Origin: Longimicrobiales bacterium | GTDB taxonomy: Bacteria > Gemmatimonadota > Gemmatimonadetes > Longimicrobiales > Gaopeijiaceae | Direction: 5' to 3' | Length of the DNA: 11,328 nucleotides | Assembly: GCA_965226375.1 (NCBI GenBank) | Contig: CBDDCX010000001.1 | Span: forward strand, 1-11,328 | Shown: piece after piece, positions 7,029 through 11,328 of the stretch | Numbering within the stretch: the stretch's first letter is position 1 | How the letters are laid out: every line of letters begins with the position of its first letter | Translations under genes and position numbers: made by a program | The notes under the pieces: model-generated | Seen by the model: the letters and a program-made list of their open reading frames with translations, nothing else | Database searches by the model: none | What the model was told of the DNA's origin: nothing

Positions 7029-7062
7029 TTGACACCCGCATCCATTCGCGGATCGTTCGTCC
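7029..7062 (+). promoter_or_regulatory. Putative leaderless promoter of the ABC-F gene
   Basis: Perfect TTGACA(7029-7034)-N16-GATCGT(7051-7056, weak -10)-N6-ATG(7063); no SD. Confidence 0.45.
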
Positions 7063-8904
7063 ATGTCTCTCGTCACCTGCTCGCGCCTCCAGATCGCCTT
7101 CGGCGGAATGCGTCTTCTGGACAACGCCGACCTCCAGATCGAGCGAGGAGAGCGGATCGGTTTTCTCGGCCGGAACGGCGAGGGCAAATCCACGCTCCTG
7201 AAGATCATCATGGGCACGCTGCCCCCCGATTCGGGCGAGGTGGTCCGCGACTCCGCCACCCGCATCTCGCTGGTCGAGCAAGAGATCCCGGAGGGAGTGG
7301 AGGGCACGGCCTTGGACGTGATCCAGTCAGGATCTCGCGAAGGAACGGACGAGGATCACCACGCGGAGCGCCTCTGCTCGATTCTTCACCTCGATCCCGA
7401 CAAGCCCTTCTCGTCGCTATCGGGCGGACAACAGCGGCGGGCGCTTCTCGGTAAGGCACTCGTCTGTGAGCCCGACGTGCTCCTGCTCGACGAGCCCACC
7501 AACCATTTGGACCTGGATCACATCGACCAGCTCGAGAAAATTCTCCTCCGCTTTCACGGCAGCGTCCTCTTCATCACACACGATCGGACGTTCCTTCAGC
7601 GTCTGGCCACGCGCATCGTGGAGTTGGATCGGGGCCGCCTCACCTCGTGGGAGTGCGACTACCCCACCTTCCTCCGTCGGAGGGATGAGTTGCTCGCCAA
7701 CGAAGAGAAGGAGTGGGCGCTCCAGGATCAGAAGCTGGCCAAGGAGGAAGTCTGGATCCGCAAAGGGATCAAGGCCCGCCGCACTCGAAACGAGGGACGG
7801 GTACGCGCACTCGAGGCGCTCCGCCAAGAATACGCCGACCGACGCGGCCGGGTTGGACAGGTACGGCTCAAGGTGCAGGAGGGCGGGCGCTCCAGCGCGA
7901 AGATCGTCGAGGCAAAGCAGGTGACGTTCGGATACGGGGCCGACGACGCGTCGCTGGTTGGGGAGTCTTCACCGGGTGGCGACTCGCCACCAGCTCCCGT
8001 GGTGCGCGACTTCACGTCCACCATCTACCGCAGTGACAAGATCGGGATCCTCGGGCCCAACGGGTCCGGAAAGACGACGCTGCTGAACCTGTTGCTCGGC
8101 AAACTCGACCCCCAGGACGGAACAGTGAAGCATGGAGGGCGGCTCGAGATCGCCTACTTCGATCAGTTCCGTGACCAACTCGACCCGAACTCGACCGTAG
8201 CCGACGCCGTGACCGGAGGGAACGAGTACATCATCGTCGGGGACGAACGGAAGCACATCTACGGCTACCTCCAGGACTTCCTTTTTTCCGCGGAGACCGC
8301 TCGCCAGCCGGTCGGCAGCCTGTCGGGCGGGGAGCGAAACCGTCTCTTGTTGGCCAAGCTCTTCACACAGCCCGCGAACGTGCTGGTTCTCGACGAGCCC
8401 ACCAACGACCTGGACGCCGACACCCTCGAGTTGCTCGAGGCCCGGCTCGTCGCATTCAAGGGCACCGTGTTGGTGGTCAGCCACGACCGCGCCTTTCTCG
8501 ACAACCTCTGCACCAGCACGCTCGTGTACGAAGGCAGGGGCGCGTTCAAGGAGTACGTGGGCGGATACTCGGACTGGCAACGCACGATAGCCAGCAGAGA
8601 AGCCACGCAGACGAAGGGAGCAAAGGGCAAGACTAAACCCAAGGGCTCCAAAACGAAGCCGAAGTTGGACGATGGCCGGCCGAAGAAGCTCAGCTTCAAG
8701 GAGAGGCAGGAGTGGACGGCGCTTCCCGGCCAAATCGAAGACCTCGAGCAGGAACTCCTCGAGCTTCAGGAACGACTGGCCGATCCCGTATTCTTCAAGG
8801 AAGATCCCCAGGAGATCCGCAACGTGAGCCGGCGGGTGACTGAGATTCCCGAGGAGATCGATGCGGCGTTCGAACGCTGGGGCACGTTGGACGAGCGGGC
8901 GTGA
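7063..8904 (+). CDS. uup: ABC-F family ATP-binding protein, Uup subfamily
   Basis: 613 aa with two ABC domains (GRNGEGKST / LSGGQ / LLLDEPTNHLD and GPNGSGKTT / LSGGE / LVLDEPTNDLD) and no TM segments. Has the Uup-type linker WIRKGIKARRTRNEGRVRAL and a C-terminal coiled-coil domain starting KKLSFKERQE. Confidence 0.9.
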   Translation: MSLVTCSRLQIAFGGMRLLDNADLQIERGERIGFLGRNGEGKSTLLKIIMGTLPPDSGEVVRDSATRISLVEQEIPEGVEGTALDVIQSGSREGTDEDHHAERLCSILHLDPDKPFSSLSGGQQRRALLGKALVCEPDVLLLDEPTNHLDLDHIDQLEKILLRFHGSVLFITHDRTFLQRLATRIVELDRGRLTSWECDYPTFLRRRDELLANEEKEWALQDQKLAKEEVWIRKGIKARRTRNEGRVRALEALRQEYADRRGRVGQVRLKVQEGGRSSAKIVEAKQVTFGYGADDASLVGESSPGGDSPPAPVVRDFTSTIYRSDKIGILGPNGSGKTTLLNLLLGKLDPQDGTVKHGGRLEIAYFDQFRDQLDPNSTVADAVTGGNEYIIVGDERKHIYGYLQDFLFSAETARQPVGSLSGGERNRLLLAKLFTQPANVLVLDEPTNDLDADTLELLEARLVAFKGTVLVVSHDRAFLDNLCTSTLVYEGRGAFKEYVGGYSDWQRTIASREATQTKGAKGKTKPKGSKTKPKLDDGRPKKLSFKERQEWTALPGQIEDLEQELLELQERLADPVFFKEDPQEIRNVSRRVTEIPEEIDAAFERWGTLDERA

Positions 8905-8956
8905 GCCGGAGGAGAGACATGAGCCCGAGGCGACGCGTAGGTCCCGAGCGGCGGCT

Positions 8957-9148
8957 GTGACCGAACCGGCCTGGGTGTCGTGTCCCTACTGCGGCGAATC
9001 CATCGAGCACCTGGTCGACGCGGCCGGTGGCGCGAGCCAGGAATACGTTGAGGACTGCGAAGTGTGCTGCAGGCCCTGGCTCGTGCGGGTCACGATCGAC
9101 GGCGATGGGCACGCCGTCGTCTCGGTGAACACTCAGGATGAGGGGTAG
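8957..9148 (+). CDS. CPXCG-motif cysteine-rich small protein (putative zinc ribbon)
   Basis: 63 aa from GTG 8957: VSCPYCGESIEHLVD....QEYVEDCEVCCRPW, the characteristic family pattern. The ORF-track start at 8861 overlaps uup and is unlikely. Confidence 0.88.
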   Translation: MTEPAWVSCPYCGESIEHLVDAAGGASQEYVEDCEVCCRPWLVRVTIDGDGHAVVSVNTQDEG

Positions 9149-9166
9149 CGCCCACTGAATGCAGAT

Positions 9167-9187
9167 GGCCCTGAGCCTCCGAGGGCC
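9167..9187. terminator. Short hairpin between convergent genes
   Basis: GGCCCT(9167-9172)-N9-AGGGCC(9182-9187) in the 45-nt gap between convergent stops; no U-tract. Confidence 0.3.
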
Positions 9188-9193
9188 GAGTAC

Positions 9194-11278
9194 TCAATCC
9201 GGCAATGCGAACGCCACGAATGTCCCACCGCTCGGTGCACCGTTCTTGCCACCGCCCGCCCCGATCACGATGTACTGCTTTCCGTCCACCATGTACGTCG
9301 ACGGGGTAGAGTTCCCGGCTGCCGGAAGTTCGGCCTCCCAGAGCAGATCGCCGGTGAGCTTGTCGAACGCGCGGATCCTGTTGTCGTACGTGGTGGCGGC
9401 GATGATCAGCAGGCCGTTCTGCGTGACGATCGCACCTCCGTAGTTGTCGGTGCCGGTATCGGTCATCCCGATCGCTGCGAGCTCCGGATACACCCCGAAC
9501 GGAATCGACCAACGGATGGTGCCCTCGTTGAGGTCGATCGCGTTGAGCGTGCCCCACGGCGTTTTGACGCCCGGATATCCCTCGTGGTCGAGGAAGATGT
9601 CGAAGAGCGCGGTGCGGTACGGAAGGTCGAACGGAGTGGTGCCCACCTGGGCGGCCGAAGCGTCCTCACCGGTCTCGAGGTAGTCGACGATGTAGTTGAT
9701 CGACCGTCCGTTCAGCTTGGCGGCAAACGCCGGCATCAGGCCGGTCCCCCCACGTACGAGCGCGACCACTTCTTCACGTGACATCCGGTCGAGCACGCCT
9801 TCCAACGAGGGTCCGATCCCCGTCCCGGTTCGGTCCTCACCGTGGCAGCTCGCGCAGTTGGAGGCATAGAGCCCCTCGTCACTCGACGGCACGATCTTGA
9901 GCAACCACCCCATCTCGTTCGAGTTCACATACAAGAGGCCCGTCTCCGGATCGAACGCGGGGCCTCCCCACTCGGCGCCACCGTCCACGCCCGGATAGAT
10001 GATCATTCCGCTCGTGTCGGGAGGAGAGAACGGGTCCTCGGTGCTGTACGCATAGAAGGTCTCGAGCGCAGAGGCGTGCGCCTCGGGCGTGCGCTGCGTG
10101 AGATCATCCACGGTCAGGCTCTGTCGGGCGAACGCGGGCGGAAGCACCGGGAAGGGCTGGGTCTCGGAAGGTTGTTCGCCTTCCAACCCACCGCCCGGCA
10201 TGGCGCGCTCCTCGATGGGAAACAGCGGTGCGCCGGTAGTCCGCTCGAACAGGAAAACGTGGCCGGTCTTGGTGATCTGCGCGACCGCATCCACCGGCTC
10301 ACCGTCGCGGGTGACGGTGACGAGCGCGGGCGGGGACGGAAAGTCGCGGTCCCAGAGGTCGTGGTGCAGCCCCTGGAAGTGCCAGATTCGCTCTCCGGTG
10401 CGGGCATCCAGCGCGAGCACCGAGCTCGCAAAGAGGTTGTCGCCGGCCCGGTTGGCGCCATAGAAGTCATAGGACGCCGACCCGGTAGCGGCGAACACCA
10501 TCCCTCGCTCCATGTCGACGGTGACGCCACTCCAGGCGTTCGCGCCCCCTGCGATCTGCCAGGCCCCTTCCGGCCACGTGTCGTACCCGAATTCGCCGGG
10601 ATGCGGGATGGTGTGGAAGCTCCAGCGGAGCGCACCCGTCTCGATGTCGTAGGCACGAATGTCGCCGGGGGCACTGGGCAGGGACTCGGGGACCCGACTA
10701 CCGATGATGATGACGTCTTCGAATACGACGCCCGGTGTGCTCGCTCCTACAGAGAGACCCTCGACGGGACGGCCGAGCCCCTCCCGCAGATCGATCGAGC
10801 CGTCCTCACCGAACGTCGGGATGGGCACTCCGGTTGTGCGGTCGAGCGCGTAGAACCGGGTCCGGTAGCTGAAGAAGACTCGGTCGCCGCTGACCGTCAC
10901 ACCCCGGTGGCGTTGTCGGGAACCGGGCGGCCCCCCGTCGACGGGATCGAAGCGCCACAGCTCCGTTCCGGTGGCCGCATCTATCGCCACCACGTTCACC
11001 TTGGGGGTCGTTGCATAGAGCACCCCGTCGATGACGATGGGGTTGGCCTGCATCTCGGACCCGGGGAAGGCGTCGCCGGTGTCGAAGGTCCACGCGACTT
11101 CGAGGCGTGCCACGTTCTCAGGCGAGATCTGGCTGAGAGTCGTGTAGTGGGTGTGTTCGTCGTTTCCACTGTAGACGGGCCAGTCGTTGGGGTCGGCGGA
11201 CGGACCGCTGTCGGCGCAGCCTAGGGCGGCTAGGACGAGGGCGGAGAGCAACGCCGAAGGTGGTGGTCTGTGGTTCAC
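9194..11278 (-). CDS. PQQ-dependent glucose/quinate-dehydrogenase-like quinoprotein, lipoprotein, with inserted c-type cytochrome domain
   Basis: 694 aa. Signal peptide ending ALG-C21; PQQ propeller motifs DWPVYSGN, LEVAWTFDTG, QANPIVIDGVLY, ALDARTGERIWHFQ, HHDLWDRD, GGAEWGG and STPSTYMVDGKQYIVIGAGG. Heme motif CASCH (9856-9842) with a downstream LMPAF Met ligand. SD AAGGAG upstream. Confidence 0.92.
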   Translation of the reverse strand: MNHRPPPSALLSALVLAALGCADSGPSADPNDWPVYSGNDEHTHYTTLSQISPENVARLEVAWTFDTGDAFPGSEMQANPIVIDGVLYATTPKVNVVAIDAATGTELWRFDPVDGGPPGSRQRHRGVTVSGDRVFFSYRTRFYALDRTTGVPIPTFGEDGSIDLREGLGRPVEGLSVGASTPGVVFEDVIIIGSRVPESLPSAPGDIRAYDIETGALRWSFHTIPHPGEFGYDTWPEGAWQIAGGANAWSGVTVDMERGMVFAATGSASYDFYGANRAGDNLFASSVLALDARTGERIWHFQGLHHDLWDRDFPSPPALVTVTRDGEPVDAVAQITKTGHVFLFERTTGAPLFPIEERAMPGGGLEGEQPSETQPFPVLPPAFARQSLTVDDLTQRTPEAHASALETFYAYSTEDPFSPPDTSGMIIYPGVDGGAEWGGPAFDPETGLLYVNSNEMGWLLKIVPSSDEGLYASNCASCHGEDRTGTGIGPSLEGVLDRMSREEVVALVRGGTGLMPAFAAKLNGRSINYIVDYLETGEDASAAQVGTTPFDLPYRTALFDIFLDHEGYPGVKTPWGTLNAIDLNEGTIRWSIPFGVYPELAAIGMTDTGTDNYGGAIVTQNGLLIIAATTYDNRIRAFDKLTGDLLWEAELPAAGNSTPSTYMVDGKQYIVIGAGGGKNGAPSGGTFVAFALPD

Positions 11279-11328
11279 TGGGCGTCTCCTTCAAGAACGC
11301 GGATCAATTCCCAGCCTGCCCCTTCAGC

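Noticed and set aside
7063..8904. ABC-F as the ATPase partner of the permease or as an antibiotic-resistance (ARE) ABC-F
   Set aside because: The linker motif and C-terminal coiled coil identify a housekeeping Uup-type protein; ABC-Fs do not energise MacB-type permeases.
8861..8956. N-terminal extension of the CPXCG ORF given by the ORF track
   Set aside because: It overlaps the uup 3' end by 44 nt and is non-family sequence; GTG 8957 gives a family-typical length.
9842..11224. 460-aa plus-strand ORF
   Set aside because: Antisense shadow of the PQQ dehydrogenase; no motifs.

Overview
GC-rich bacterial chromosomal window; the gene content and protein styles suggest Gemmatimonadota or an Acidobacteriota-like lineage (inference). 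Left to right: (1) a membrane-anchored Hanks-type Ser/Thr kinase with a TolB/PD40-like beta-propeller (minus strand, runs off the left edge, absent from the ORF track, single-base frameshift just after the Gly-rich loop); (2) a 7-unit degenerate ~16-17 bp repeat array; (3) a DinB-family protein; (4) a translationally coupled PadR plus duplicated orphan MacB/FtsX (ADOP-type) permease, frameshifted after its N-terminal ~57 aa but with a plausible internal restart; (5) an AT-rich divergent control region with three GATATATC-like boxes at exact 15-bp spacing; (6) an ArsR plus SRPBCC-SnoaL fusion operon; (7) a Uup-type ABC-F ATPase that apparently lacks the ABC1 arm and carries a palindromic in-frame insert, linked through a 19-codon Arg-rich mini-ORF to a CPXCG Cys-rich protein; (8) a convergent lipoprotein PQQ glucose-dehydrogenase-like enzyme with an internal cytochrome c domain. 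Several genes look leaderless. No rRNA, tRNA, CRISPR array or transposase was seen.
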